A DNA stretch of 64,000 nt from Clostridia bacterium (lineage in GTDB: Bacteria > Bacillota > Clostridia > UMGS1810). Each line of letters begins with the position of its first letter. Within the stretch, counting starts at the first letter, position 1. The position numbers were made by a program, and so were the translations under genes. The notes under the pieces were generated by a model. The model saw only the letters and a program-made list of their open reading frames with translations. It did not search any database and was not told the origin of the DNA. Shown in pieces: positions 20,665 to 30,647 of this stretch. The stretch spans positions 52,025 to 116,024 of the forward strand of contig JAFVUE010000003.1 in assembly GCA_017502845.1 (NCBI GenBank), read 5' to 3'.

Positions 20665-21054
20665 GTAGGGGACGATGCCCACATCGTCCCGCAATGGTTT
20701 TTCCTCGCAGATAAAGGTTGTTGGAATACGCATATAACGGGACATTCGTCGTGTACCCGTTTAGGGTGGAATGTCCCCTACAGGTTAAACACATGGAGCG
20801 CGCACCGTAGGGGACGGCGTCCTCGACGTCCCGTAATGTTTTTCTCAAAATATATGTAGCGCAGACATCCACGCCGATTACATCGGCTACACCTCATCCG
20901 AGTTGCTTCGCAACCCACCTTCCCCTTGCACCCACAGGGCACAGGCGGGGAAGACATATGTGGTGCACACCGTAGGGGCGACCAGCGGTCGTCCGCATGA
21001 CAACCACAAAACATATGTAGTGCGCATTGTAGGGGACGATGCCCACATCGTCCC
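20665..21054. repeat. GTAGGG-anchored hairpin array 2 (5 units plus one unrelated GC hairpin at 20919-20953)
   Basis: Units at 20665-20690, 20739-20781 (inverted, enlarged loop), 20807-20832, 20972-20995 and 21029-21054. Confidence 0.85.
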
Positions 21055-21091
21055 GTATATACAATTTCCGGCAAACATTTTCCACACACGC

Positions 21092-21125
21092 AAAAAAGCA
21101 AGAGGAAAAATTCCTCTTGCTTTTT
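21092..21125 (-). terminator. Rho-independent terminator of the 21152-23392 gene (A/T runs on both sides)
   Basis: aaaaaagcaagagg aaaaatt cctcttgcttttt. The same hairpin recurs at 36430-36460 and, split, at 31072-31316. Confidence 0.85.
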
Positions 21126-21151
21126 AGGTGTTTATTCGTAAATATTACGGA

Positions 21152-23392
21152 TTAGTTGATTTCAAATACCTCTGTGATAGGTGCAATGGTATCCCAAGCC
21201 CATACAAAGATCTTTTCTGCAGGTTTTGCAAATTTGATAAATTTGTATTCAGCTTCACTTGCTGCTGCATCAAACTTATTGATATTTACAGAACCATCTG
21301 CTGCGATGGCTACAACTGCCATATCAGCAACTTTTTCTGCGGCTGTCATGTTTTCGAGAACAAGACCGATACCGTTTGCAGAATCATTTACAAATGCATC
21401 AGTTGTTTTTGCTTCAAGACCATCAGCATAAGTTGCGAAGCGGAAGTTATCTATAGAGTTTGTAACTCTCAGATAAGCATCGCTGTAGCATGCTGTACCT
21501 GATGCCTGAGGCCAGAAGATATAATCTACATCGCGGGATGCTGTATTGTCGGTGTAAGCACTACCGGAAGCAACGAGCGCACCGTCCAGATAGAGGTACA
21601 TCTTGTTGTTATCAGTATCTACTACTGTCTTGTAGTTGTGCCACTCGCCCATATCAACATCCATGGTTTTAACAGTACTTGTGATACCGCTTGATTTTTT
21701 CACATAATCAGTTCTCAGTTCAAGCAGACCTGTAGTGCCATTATACTGGAAGGGAGAAAGACTTTCTCTTATATAGTTTGTTTCATCAGCATAGTAAGTC
21801 ATCCAGAGAGCCATAATTGGCATAGCGGAAATACCGCTTACATTACTCTTGGGATGAACGAGAGTTCTTACTGCCTGTGCGTCAGCAATATCAGCTTCGG
21901 CAAGAACATCGCCTGTAGCAGAGTCGATAGCATAGTAGTTATCATAACGATAATCTACGCTTACCTCAACCATACCGCTTACATCCTTAGAAGTTGATAT
22001 GAAGTTTATACGGCCGGCATTACCTGCGCCGTCGAAGCCGGAAGATGCTGCGATACCCCATGAAGTAGCAGTCAGGTAAGTATTACCGTTTTCCTGAACT
22101 TCCTCAAAGCCAAGAGCTATCACGCTATCATCCCAGTTGGGGTTCACACCAGTAAATTTTCTGGAACCAACAGGCCATTGGGTTGTAGCATCTTCTTCTG
22201 TATACTTATCTTCTTCCCATGTGGCAGATGCTGCAATTGTTTCTTCTCCTACGGGAGTAAGGCGGTAATATACAACTTCTTCACTTGTCCATGCAGTATT
22301 ACCTGCTGCTGTTACGATAGCAACAGAAACAGCGGAATATCCTTCAGGAAGAGTGATTGAAGCAAAACCGTCTGCAGTTGCAATGTCAGAGGGAACACCG
22401 TTTACATAAGCAACAGCTTTCTCACCGGGAGCAATACCGCGGATATTTACGCCAACTTTATCGCCATATACATCACCTGCGGGTGCGAGGAAGTCAACAT
22501 CAGTATATGTTACGAAGTTTGCTTCAAAGTTCTTTCTGTAAACACCTGTGTTAGCAGTTACTACTCCATCCGTAAGAGTAACATCAGTGCTGAGGTGTGC
22601 CTGGATGCTGTCCTTTGACCATGTTGCGTGTTTTCTGTCTTTAAGAACGAGAACATCATCAACATACATATCATACACACCTGTGTCGATATCTGTTATT
22701 ACCATTCTTACATTATACCACTTGTTAGCAACAAATCTGAAACTGTCATAAAGCTGACCGTCAGAACCCTGACTCAGGCCGATTGTTCCGTTTGCATTAA
22801 CTCTGAAATTGTTGTGAAGCCATCCGCCACAGTACAAAGAGAGAACTGTTTCGGCTGAAAGTGCGCCATCAAAGTAAATGTCTGTTTTGTACTCAAATGT
22901 CTCTCCTGCAGCAGGAGCACCGATACCCCAACGGCCGGAAACAGTTCCCTGCCAGGTATCTGTTACGCCGCCGATTGCTCCGTCAACTGCAATACCCTTA
23001 CCGGCGTGTTTCTGGGAGAGGATATCCTCGTCTGCCACTTTGTTCCATACAGTGCCGATACCTTTACCATTCAATACAACGGGAGCACTGGTATTTGTAC
23101 CGTCAGAAACTGTGAATGAGTTTTTGCCGGAAACAACAGGAAGTGCAACTACACTGCCGTCATCATTCATAGCTTCAGCTGCTACAGCAACACCGTTGTT
23201 GTAGTATGTGAGTTCTGCACCTGCAGGAGCAGCTACATTGAAAAGAACTTTTGTACCTGCTACAGCAATGTCGCCTTCAGCAAAAGTCATAACAGTAGAA
23301 AGTGTAATTTCAGATGAATCAGCAAATGCTACTGTTGTCATGGCACTCATAACAAGGAGCACAGACAAAAGAATTGATAAAAATCTTTTCAT
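21152..23392 (-). CDS. Secreted (Ig-like + LamG-like)x2 protein with conserved C-terminal ~60-aa domain; paralog of 31338-33836 and 36483-39191
   Basis: Signal peptide MKRFLSILLSVLLVMSAMTTVAFA. LamG-like cores NKWYNVRMVITDIDTGVYDMYVDDVLV and GEWHNYKTVVDTDNNKMYLYLDGALV. C-terminus ...EKIFVWAWDTIAPITEVFEIN. The start is ATG 23392 or 23398. Confidence 0.75.
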   Translation of the reverse strand: MKRFLSILLSVLLVMSAMTTVAFADSSEITLSTVMTFAEGDIAVAGTKVLFNVAAPAGAELTYYNNGVAVAAEAMNDDGSVVALPVVSGKNSFTVSDGTNTSAPVVLNGKGIGTVWNKVADEDILSQKHAGKGIAVDGAIGGVTDTWQGTVSGRWGIGAPAAGETFEYKTDIYFDGALSAETVLSLYCGGWLHNNFRVNANGTIGLSQGSDGQLYDSFRFVANKWYNVRMVITDIDTGVYDMYVDDVLVLKDRKHATWSKDSIQAHLSTDVTLTDGVVTANTGVYRKNFEANFVTYTDVDFLAPAGDVYGDKVGVNIRGIAPGEKAVAYVNGVPSDIATADGFASITLPEGYSAVSVAIVTAAGNTAWTSEEVVYYRLTPVGEETIAASATWEEDKYTEEDATTQWPVGSRKFTGVNPNWDDSVIALGFEEVQENGNTYLTATSWGIAASSGFDGAGNAGRINFISTSKDVSGMVEVSVDYRYDNYYAIDSATGDVLAEADIADAQAVRTLVHPKSNVSGISAMPIMALWMTYYADETNYIRESLSPFQYNGTTGLLELRTDYVKKSSGITSTVKTMDVDMGEWHNYKTVVDTDNNKMYLYLDGALVASGSAYTDNTASRDVDYIFWPQASGTACYSDAYLRVTNSIDNFRFATYADGLEAKTTDAFVNDSANGIGLVLENMTAAEKVADMAVVAIAADGSVNINKFDAAASEAEYKFIKFAKPAEKIFVWAWDTIAPITEVFEIN

Positions 23393-24048
23393 CGTCATCT
23401 TTTCCTTTCTAAATTTTTTGTCTTTTTTCTGCATACAGTGGCGAAATCCTGAATGCACCGATTCTCTGTTCGTACCAAACAGAGCACGGGATGAGCCAAT
23501 ACAAAAGTATCACTCGATTATACAGCACACAAATTCCGCATATGCCATCCGCACACATCATTTCAAAAAAGGACATACGTGGATTTAATACACCGAACAG
23601 TTTACCGCATAACTTTTGCACTACATACACAAGTACCCTATATACCCAATATATCGGAAAGAGGAAGACTTTGTTGTCTTATCCGATACACTCATCTGCA
23701 TACAAGTGCAGTGTTTTTTGAAATTTAAGTTTTTCTGTTTTCGATATGTACGGGTTAAGTACATATACGAACTTTTGGTTTCGGGCGGCGAAATGCCCTA
23801 TACCGAACACATATAAAGTCAGATTCAGTATATGTGAACTTTTCGGGATACATCTGCCATGCAACGCTATATGACGGAGAGTCTGCCCCATCGGGAGAAC
23901 GGGCATATTTCCGTTTTTTGTACGGTGCAAAAACAAATATATCGCCTTTTATATCTCAACCGCCTGACACAGTGCTATCGGGAGTAAACAAAGTGTTTTA
24001 GCGGAGGATATCAAAAGTAAATAAAAAATACAACGTGCGAACATCATC

Positions 24049-24193
24049 GGAACGTCGACAAGCGCCGTTCCCTACGACGGTTGAACATAAATAGTGCGCA
24101 TCGTAGGGGCGACCAGTGGTCGTCCGTATCATACACCACAAAACATATGTAGTGCGCATCGTAGGGTGTGGCGGTTTCCGACACACCGCAAGG
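24049..24193. repeat. GTAGGG-anchored hairpin array 3 (3 units)
   Basis: Units at 24049-24075 (inverted GGAACG...CGTTCCCTAC), 24103-24126 and 24161-24193, followed by the bridge motif tttcctcgaagataagg. Confidence 0.85.
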
Positions 24194-24431
24194 GTTTTTC
24201 CTCGAAGATAAGGTTGTGCGAACATTAACGGAATACATTACTAATCTTAAAATCCCGCGCACAACCGCAAGGTTAGAAAACCCAAAATTCCACCAATCAG
24301 TCAACCAACAGTTGGCGTAATTCTTTTCATAGGCAACCTTGCCGGACAATTGAACTATCAACTGTCCGGCACGGAGATTAAATATTTAATTGAAACATAC
24401 TGCCGTAAAGACGCTAACAGAAGAGAAACTT

Positions 24432-25997
24432 TTATTTAGCCATGAATCTGTCGTATGCTGTCTGATAAATAGCAATCATCTCGTCAATACCACGGTTCCT
24501 GAGTTCAGCCATGTGTTTGCCATAGTTGGAGATGGGCTCTGTTCCCATTACCATCTTTGTGAACACTTCGTTTTCATATGTTGTAATTGCACCCTCGATT
24601 TCAGAGAGTTTTGCTTTCTCGTCAGCTGTGAGAGGCCACTCAAGTGTCATAAGTGATCTGTCGCCTTCGTTCCATACGATTGAAGCTTCCTTCTGCTGAG
24701 GTGTACCATACTGTACTGCTGCAAATGCATCAGCAGCCATAATCTTCTGGGGAGCACCTGAAGATGTGTTAGCATAGAGTCCCATTGCCTGGTTACGTGA
24801 TTTGCCATCGGGGTTGTTTGTAACGAAATCTGTGAGTTTTTTCTCACCGTTTTCAACCACATAAGATTTACCCTCAATACCCCAGTTAAGAAGAACTGTT
24901 GCTTCTTCTGTATAGAAGTAGTCCATGTATTTGAATGCTGAGTCAAGATCCTGACATTTTGTTGTAATAACACCGCCTGAATCTGTAGATGTGATTCTGT
25001 CGAAGTCCTGAGGAATGTAAGCTTTGCCGCCTTTTTCAAGTGAAGGCCAGGGAGCAGCGACCAGGTTGTAACCTGGAATAGACTGACCTGCTGCAAGATA
25101 TGTACCCATACCGCTGCCTACCCAACCCATACAAGCACCGGATGTATCATTTGACATATAAGCATCTGCAGTTGTTTTATCAAGTGCAGCGAACTCGGAG
25201 TCGATAAGACCCTCCTTATACCATTTGTTCATTTCAGTAACAAATGCTTTGTATTCGGGCTGCATAAAGCCGTAAACAACTTTGCCGTTCTTTACATAGA
25301 TACCGTTTCTTGTACCGAAAGCACCTGCAAAGTTCTTAAATCCGGGGGACTTTGTAGCAGCCATAGGAATCTCATCTGCTTTGCCGTTGCCGTTGGGGTC
25401 GCCTGTCTTGAATGCTTTAAGAACTGTGTACCACTCATCAATTGTGGTAGGCATCTCAAGGCCGAGTTTGTCGAGCCAGTCCTTACGGATCATAGGACCG
25501 TAGCAGGAGTTGAGTGATGTGTCTTCTTTAACAGTTGCGAAGAAGAGTAATTTGCCGTCTGTTGTACGGATTGTTTTGTCAACATCGGGGTTATCTGCAA
25601 GAATCTTTGAGTAGTTGGGGAGCTTATCCGTTTTGTCGGTGAGATCGAGAATGATACCGTCATTGAGAGCGCCCTCATAACCACCAGTATACTTGCTAGC
25701 CCAATTCCAGTAGATCATATCAGTATAGTCGCCTGAAGCGATCATAATGTTGAAGTTTTCTTCCCAAGCAGCAGATGAAGGATGAACGTATTCAACTTCA
25801 ACGCCAACTGCCTCATGGATTTTCTGTACAGATTCCATTTTGCCGTAGTTGTCGAGTTCACTTGCACCTGCATAGTTACCCATCCAATAAGTGAGGTGTC
25901 CTGTTGCCTGTTGTTTTTTGTCGCCTCCGCAGCCTGCCAGTGAAGAAACTGCAAGGAGTGCAACGATTGCAACACAAATAATTTTTCTGAGTTTCAT
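24432..25997 (-). CDS. Extracellular solute-binding lipoprotein of a carbohydrate ABC importer (large LplA-type SBP)
   Basis: Lipobox LAVSSLAGCGG; ~520-aa SBP downstream of two LplB/LplC-type permeases. Confidence 0.85.
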   Translation of the reverse strand: MKLRKIICVAIVALLAVSSLAGCGGDKKQQATGHLTYWMGNYAGASELDNYGKMESVQKIHEAVGVEVEYVHPSSAAWEENFNIMIASGDYTDMIYWNWASKYTGGYEGALNDGIILDLTDKTDKLPNYSKILADNPDVDKTIRTTDGKLLFFATVKEDTSLNSCYGPMIRKDWLDKLGLEMPTTIDEWYTVLKAFKTGDPNGNGKADEIPMAATKSPGFKNFAGAFGTRNGIYVKNGKVVYGFMQPEYKAFVTEMNKWYKEGLIDSEFAALDKTTADAYMSNDTSGACMGWVGSGMGTYLAAGQSIPGYNLVAAPWPSLEKGGKAYIPQDFDRITSTDSGGVITTKCQDLDSAFKYMDYFYTEEATVLLNWGIEGKSYVVENGEKKLTDFVTNNPDGKSRNQAMGLYANTSSGAPQKIMAADAFAAVQYGTPQQKEASIVWNEGDRSLMTLEWPLTADEKAKLSEIEGAITTYENEVFTKMVMGTEPISNYGKHMAELRNRGIDEMIAIYQTAYDRFMAK

Positions 25998-26084
25998 AAT
26001 TAATTCTTCCTTTCTTGGAATTTGCTTTTATTATTCACGTGCATCCTGTACCCTTTTGACACAAACGCACATAAAAGACATTTA

Positions 26085-26963
26085 TTAACCCTTAACCGCG
26101 CCGATCATAACGCCTTTTACAAAGTATTTCTGGAGGAAGGGATATACACAGAGGATAGGAGTGATTGTTACAATAACTGTAGCGTATTTAAGTACGTCAT
26201 CATAACCTACTTTATCTTCTGTACCTGCACCGTCGCCCATGTTACTTACGTTATCGATAAGAATCTCACGAAGAATGAGCTGGAGCGGATACTTGCTGCG
26301 GTCTGTCAAATAGATCATAGGGTTGAACCACTGGTTCCAGATACCAACGGCATAGAACAGAACCTGTACCGCGATAGCCGCTTTTGAAAGAGGAACGATA
26401 AGACTCCAGAGAACTTTCCAGCTACCCGCACCATCGATATGAGCGGATTCTTCAATTTCATTGGGAACGGAGTCGAATGCACTCTTCAACACGATTACGT
26501 TATATGTACTCAGCATTGAGAGGAAAACAAGTGCCCATCTTGAACCGTAAAGACCAATTGATTTTACAACAAGGAATGTGGGGATAAGACCGCCACCGAA
26601 GAACATTGTAACGAGGATGAACTTCATAATCCAGCCCTTATATTTAAGGTAAGGTCTTGAAAGTGTGAATGCAAACAAGCAACCAACAAAGATTGAAAGT
26701 GATGTACCTACAACGATGTAGAAGATTGAGTTTGCGAAACCTGTGTAGATGTCTTTGTTAGCGAAAACTTCCTGGTAGCCCTTCGTGGAGAAACCCTGGG
26801 GACTTAAGAGGATACCGGTGACTTTCATAAGTTCCTTGGCATCACTAAATGAGCCGAAAAGTACATATATAAAAGGATACAAACAGATAACAATCATAAA
26901 GAGCATGAACAGTACATTGAAAACGTCGAATATACGTTCAGCAGCGCTGATTTTAATTTTCAT
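26085..26963 (-). CDS. Carbohydrate ABC transporter permease (LplC/YtcP-like)
   Basis: Multi-TM protein with EAA-loop ESAHIDGAGSWKVLWSLIVPL. Confidence 0.85.
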   Translation of the reverse strand: MKIKISAAERIFDVFNVLFMLFMIVICLYPFIYVLFGSFSDAKELMKVTGILLSPQGFSTKGYQEVFANKDIYTGFANSIFYIVVGTSLSIFVGCLFAFTLSRPYLKYKGWIMKFILVTMFFGGGLIPTFLVVKSIGLYGSRWALVFLSMLSTYNVIVLKSAFDSVPNEIEESAHIDGAGSWKVLWSLIVPLSKAAIAVQVLFYAVGIWNQWFNPMIYLTDRSKYPLQLILREILIDNVSNMGDGAGTEDKVGYDDVLKYATVIVTITPILCVYPFLQKYFVKGVMIGAVKG

Positions 26964-26977
26964 TCCGACTCACCTCC

Positions 26978-27985
26978 TTACCACAAGCTTGTTTCTGCAA
27001 CTTTTCTACTGATAGCGTTACCGGCAGTAAGGAAGCAGATGTTTACCAATGAGTTGAACAGACCGATTGCCGTAGAGTAACTGTAATTTGTACCCTCGTA
27101 GAAACTCTTACGGTATACATATGTAGAAATTACGTCCGCTGTTTCCATTGTCATATCGTTGTAGAGCAGAAGGACTTTATCGGAGCCAACGCTGATCATT
27201 GAACCCAGACGCATAATGAACAATGTAACGATTGTGGGGATAATGGCGGGAAGTGTAACTGTGAATACCTGTCTGAACTTACCTGCGCCGTCGATAGATG
27301 CCGCCTCATACAAGGTGGGGTCAATACCACTGAGTGCCGCAAGATAAATGATGGAGTTCCAGCCAATCTGCTGCCACAGGTCAGAGAGAACGTATATCCA
27401 CTTAAACGCTTCCGGTTTAAGCAGTAAGTTTTCTGCGGGGAAACCGAACCATCCGAGTACGGCATTGAAAAGACCTGCTTTCATAGAGAATCTAGAGATC
27501 ATACCGCAGATAATAACTGTTGAAATAAAGTGAGGGATGTATGTAATAGTCTGTACCACTCTCTTGTAACCGCTGCTCTTGATTTCGTTAAGGAGCAATG
27601 CAAGAATGATAGGTGCAGGGAAGCCGATAATCAGATTCATAAAACTGATAACGACGGTGTTACCAACAGTACGAACAAAGTCAGGGTTTATAACTGAATA
27701 GTTAATAGCAGTACCCTTGGACTGAAATATAAATTTGAAGATATGTTTGAGACCTACCCAGTCGCTGTTTGTAATACCCGAAGCGTACTTGAAGTCCTGA
27801 AAACCGATGAGAACACCGAACATGGGCGCATAGCAGAATACCAGATAATAGATGATACCGGGGAGAGCCATGAAGTATACCCATTTGTACTTGCTGAATT
27901 CTCTGGAAAAGCCGTCCTTTTTCCGAAGCGCACGTGCTCTGTCATTAACAACGGTTTTGTCGTTTTTTTGCTTAGTTGCAATCAT
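26978..27985 (-). CDS. Carbohydrate ABC transporter permease (LplB/YteP-like)
   Basis: Multi-TM protein with EAA-loop EAASIDGAGKFRQVFTVTLP; RBS GGAGG 10 nt upstream. Confidence 0.85.
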   Translation of the reverse strand: MIATKQKNDKTVVNDRARALRKKDGFSREFSKYKWVYFMALPGIIYYLVFCYAPMFGVLIGFQDFKYASGITNSDWVGLKHIFKFIFQSKGTAINYSVINPDFVRTVGNTVVISFMNLIIGFPAPIILALLLNEIKSSGYKRVVQTITYIPHFISTVIICGMISRFSMKAGLFNAVLGWFGFPAENLLLKPEAFKWIYVLSDLWQQIGWNSIIYLAALSGIDPTLYEAASIDGAGKFRQVFTVTLPAIIPTIVTLFIMRLGSMISVGSDKVLLLYNDMTMETADVISTYVYRKSFYEGTNYSYSTAIGLFNSLVNICFLTAGNAISRKVAETSLW

Positions 27986-28039
27986 TTAATGAAAACCTCC
28001 TAACCAGAATTGCACATTATTGCAGAATAATATATTATG

Positions 28040-28068
28040 ATTATACTCCATTTTTGAACAGATATCAA
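28040..28068 (-). promoter_or_regulatory. Promoter of the ABC importer operon (TTGATA-17-TATAAT)
   Basis: Minus-strand reading; -35 at 28063-28068, -10 at 28040-28045, ~50 nt upstream of ATG 27985. Confidence 0.6.
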
Positions 28069-28211
28069 TAGCCCGTTTTTGCTTTTGATTGTCTTTTTTA
28101 TACTCAAAATGATGTGTTTGTCCTTAAAATGCACCCCTACGGGTTGTGTTTTAGTTTGCTTTTCCATAAATCTGATTGATTAAATCCAAATCACAGTTGA
28201 TCAATATACCA

Positions 28212-28240
28212 TTGACAGGATTTGTGTTTTTTAGTATAAT
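28212..28240 (+). promoter_or_regulatory. Consensus sigma-70 promoter of the AraC-family regulator (TTGACA-17-TATAAT)
   Basis: TTGACA at 28212-28217, a 17-nt spacer, then TATAAT at 28235-28240. Confidence 0.7.
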
Positions 28241-28331
28241 GGGCTCAACTAAAGGCGATTTGCGTCCGGCATTGCCCAAGTATATACCTACATTTACTTA
28301 TTCTAAACAGCCGTTCGGAGGGATTCTCTAT

Positions 28332-30593
28332 ATGTTCAAAAAACTTTCTGACAATTTCAAAAGAAGAAGCTTTCTCTTCAAATATATATCCGTTATGTTT
28401 GTGATTATGCTTATACCTACATTTTTCGGATATGCCGTTTCGGAAATGTCCCTCCAGGCAACCATTGCCGAAATAAAAAAAGAAAACTACAAATCCACTG
28501 CGCACATACAGCGTAGTATGGATTCCAGTTTTACAACCATAAAACAGACTGCCATTGACATTGCCTCCGGAGAAAGTCTTGCCGCTTATGCTAACGCCCC
28601 TTCGTCTTATACAGGTTACGATCTGACCCAGGAATCTTTCTTCCCCCACACAGCCATGATGCGCAATTACGTTGACGGTGTAATTATATATAATGAAGAA
28701 ACAGGAACAATAATAAACGATTACATGGCTATTTACTCTGCGGAGAATTATCTTGATTGGGTTCTTGATCTTCACGGACAAGACAGGGATGAATTTTTAA
28801 GAATAATAAATACTCCCTCATTCAATAAATTATATCCAGCCAAGAACATCAAAACATACAACCAACTGATAAACAAGCCGTTGGTTTTCCACACACAATC
28901 CTACCCCTTTATGGGCGAACACAAGGGTACGGTTATTACCATTGTTGATGTAGAAGACATGCTCTACGATTTTTCCGACAGGATTTCAGAGGACAGTTGC
29001 TTTTATATCGTTGACGAAAACGGACAGATTATTATCTCCACAGGAAATACACAATATATAGGCAACGAACTTTTTTCCGCTGAAGAGGGCTACGGCGAAT
29101 CTCGCATAAATGGCGAGAAAGTTATGTACAGCGTTCGCGATTCCACGTACGGAAAATTCAAATACGTATTTGTGGAAAATTTTAATTCCATAAACAGTGC
29201 AGTTGCACCTGTGCGAACTGCTTTAACTCTTTACGTTATACTTATATTGATATTCGGCTCTCTGGCTATATATTATATTGGTAAGAAAAATACTCAACCC
29301 GTCCGCGAACTCTCCGGTATGCTCGGTGCAAATAAGGAAAGTGATACGGATGACGAATTCGAAAATATCCAGAGTGCCATCCGCAGCATCTTAAGCGAAA
29401 AAGCACGTATGGAACCACTTATTGCAGAAAGCGGTTCTGCACTCAGGAAAATCCTTATTTCAAACATTCTGCGCGGAAACTTTTTGTCAGCCGACCAGAT
29501 TGAAGAGGCATGTGAAAAAGCAGAAGTTTCTTTCCTTCACGACAATTTCTGTGTCATATATTTCAATCTTATAGAGATTGAACAGGAGGATATTCCCGTT
29601 ATCAAATACGCTATATCCAATATCGTAACGGAACTTTTTGCTTCTGTTGGTGAAGTGTTTACAGACGATTTTGAACTTCATTCCATGGTTGGTATACTGA
29701 ATCTTGAAAACTCAACAACAGAGATAGAATTGCAGATATTGTCGCAACTCAGTTTTATAAGAAACTTCTTTATTGACAACTTTGAAACGGTTATCAACAT
29801 CGGCGTGGGCAATATCTTAAGCAGCGCAGAGCAGATTTCTGTTTCTTATTCCCAGGCAAAAGAAGCCGCTGAATACTGCGCACTTACGGGTTCAAAGGAG
29901 GTTTTCTCCTACTCCAATATCAAAATCGCCGATTACCGCTATGCTTATCCCCTTGAGGTGGAAGACAAACTTAACAGCGCAGTTATTAACGGCGATATTG
30001 AACTTGTTCGACAGTTGCTCGACCAGGTTATTGATGCAAACGCTTCACTATCTCTTGATATGAGCAGGTGCCTGTTCTTTGACCTTACGGCTACGGCGCT
30101 CAAGATCATGTCTAATAAAACCATCAACCTCTCCGCTGTATTCGGCAGCGCAAATTCACCTTTTGAGAAGTTGATGGAGTGCAAAAATATCAGCGAACTG
30201 GTTGACACCATTCACGCTATATTTGATAAGATTTGTTCACAGATTACGGAATCCCATGGTGCGAAGAAAGAAAAACTGAAGATAGCGGTTACTGATTATA
30301 TTAAAGATAATTACAGCAACCCAACTATGTCCCTGGGTACTCTTGCAGATGAATTCGACATGAATTATACGTATATGTCCCATTTCTTCAAAGATTATAT
30401 CGGTGCTAATTTCGTGGATTATATTTCTGAAATCCGCGTTAAAAAAGCAGCAGAACTCTTGAGAACCACCGATATGCAGATTAACGATATTGCAACGGCT
30501 GTCGGATATGCCAACGCCACGGTGCTGATTAAGATATTCAAGAAGATTACAAAAACCACTCCGGGTAATTACAGAAAAAATTCAAGAGGATAA
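28332..30593 (+). CDS. Membrane-anchored AraC-family transcriptional regulator with extracytoplasmic sensor-like region between two TM segments
   Basis: C-terminal HTH_AraC segment LGTLADEFDMNYTYMSHFFKDYIGANFVDYISEIRVKKAAELLRTTDMQINDIATAVGYANATVLIKIFKK. TM segments are near residues 15-35 and ~300. The start is moved to ATG 28332 (GGAGGGA RBS), downstream of the promoter that lies inside the ORF-track extension. Confidence 0.8.
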   Translation: MFKKLSDNFKRRSFLFKYISVMFVIMLIPTFFGYAVSEMSLQATIAEIKKENYKSTAHIQRSMDSSFTTIKQTAIDIASGESLAAYANAPSSYTGYDLTQESFFPHTAMMRNYVDGVIIYNEETGTIINDYMAIYSAENYLDWVLDLHGQDRDEFLRIINTPSFNKLYPAKNIKTYNQLINKPLVFHTQSYPFMGEHKGTVITIVDVEDMLYDFSDRISEDSCFYIVDENGQIIISTGNTQYIGNELFSAEEGYGESRINGEKVMYSVRDSTYGKFKYVFVENFNSINSAVAPVRTALTLYVILILIFGSLAIYYIGKKNTQPVRELSGMLGANKESDTDDEFENIQSAIRSILSEKARMEPLIAESGSALRKILISNILRGNFLSADQIEEACEKAEVSFLHDNFCVIYFNLIEIEQEDIPVIKYAISNIVTELFASVGEVFTDDFELHSMVGILNLENSTTEIELQILSQLSFIRNFFIDNFETVINIGVGNILSSAEQISVSYSQAKEAAEYCALTGSKEVFSYSNIKIADYRYAYPLEVEDKLNSAVINGDIELVRQLLDQVIDANASLSLDMSRCLFFDLTATALKIMSNKTINLSAVFGSANSPFEKLMECKNISELVDTIHAIFDKICSQITESHGAKKEKLKIAVTDYIKDNYSNPTMSLGTLADEFDMNYTYMSHFFKDYIGANFVDYISEIRVKKAAELLRTTDMQINDIATAVGYANATVLIKIFKKITKTTPGNYRKNSRG

Positions 30594-30605
30594 TAAAACA
30601 TTAAA

Positions 30606-30634
30606 ACGGCTATGCATTATGCATAGCCGTTTTT
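30606..30634 (+). terminator. Rho-independent terminator of the AraC-family gene
   Basis: Hairpin acggctatgca ttat gcatagccgt followed by tttt. Confidence 0.8.
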
Positions 30635-30647
30635 GTGTGTACACATT

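Noticed and set aside
20539-21127. Multiple 60-130-aa ORFs spanning the hairpin arrays, here and at 23998-24361, 30582-31053, 34066-34339, 35826-36437 and 39328-39624. Their translations include VGDDAHIVPY, RRGDQRSSVSY and GRPLVAPT
   Set aside because: They overlap each other in several frames on both strands and have no RBS. Their apparent conservation is just the repeated hairpin DNA read in frame. They are treated as non-coding repeats.
15854-23392. Cellulosome/amylosome-type dockerin or cohesin modules in the secreted proteins
   Set aside because: No duplicated DxNxDGxxxxxD calcium-binding segments or cohesin-like signatures were seen. Anchoring evidence is limited to SLH motifs in two proteins.
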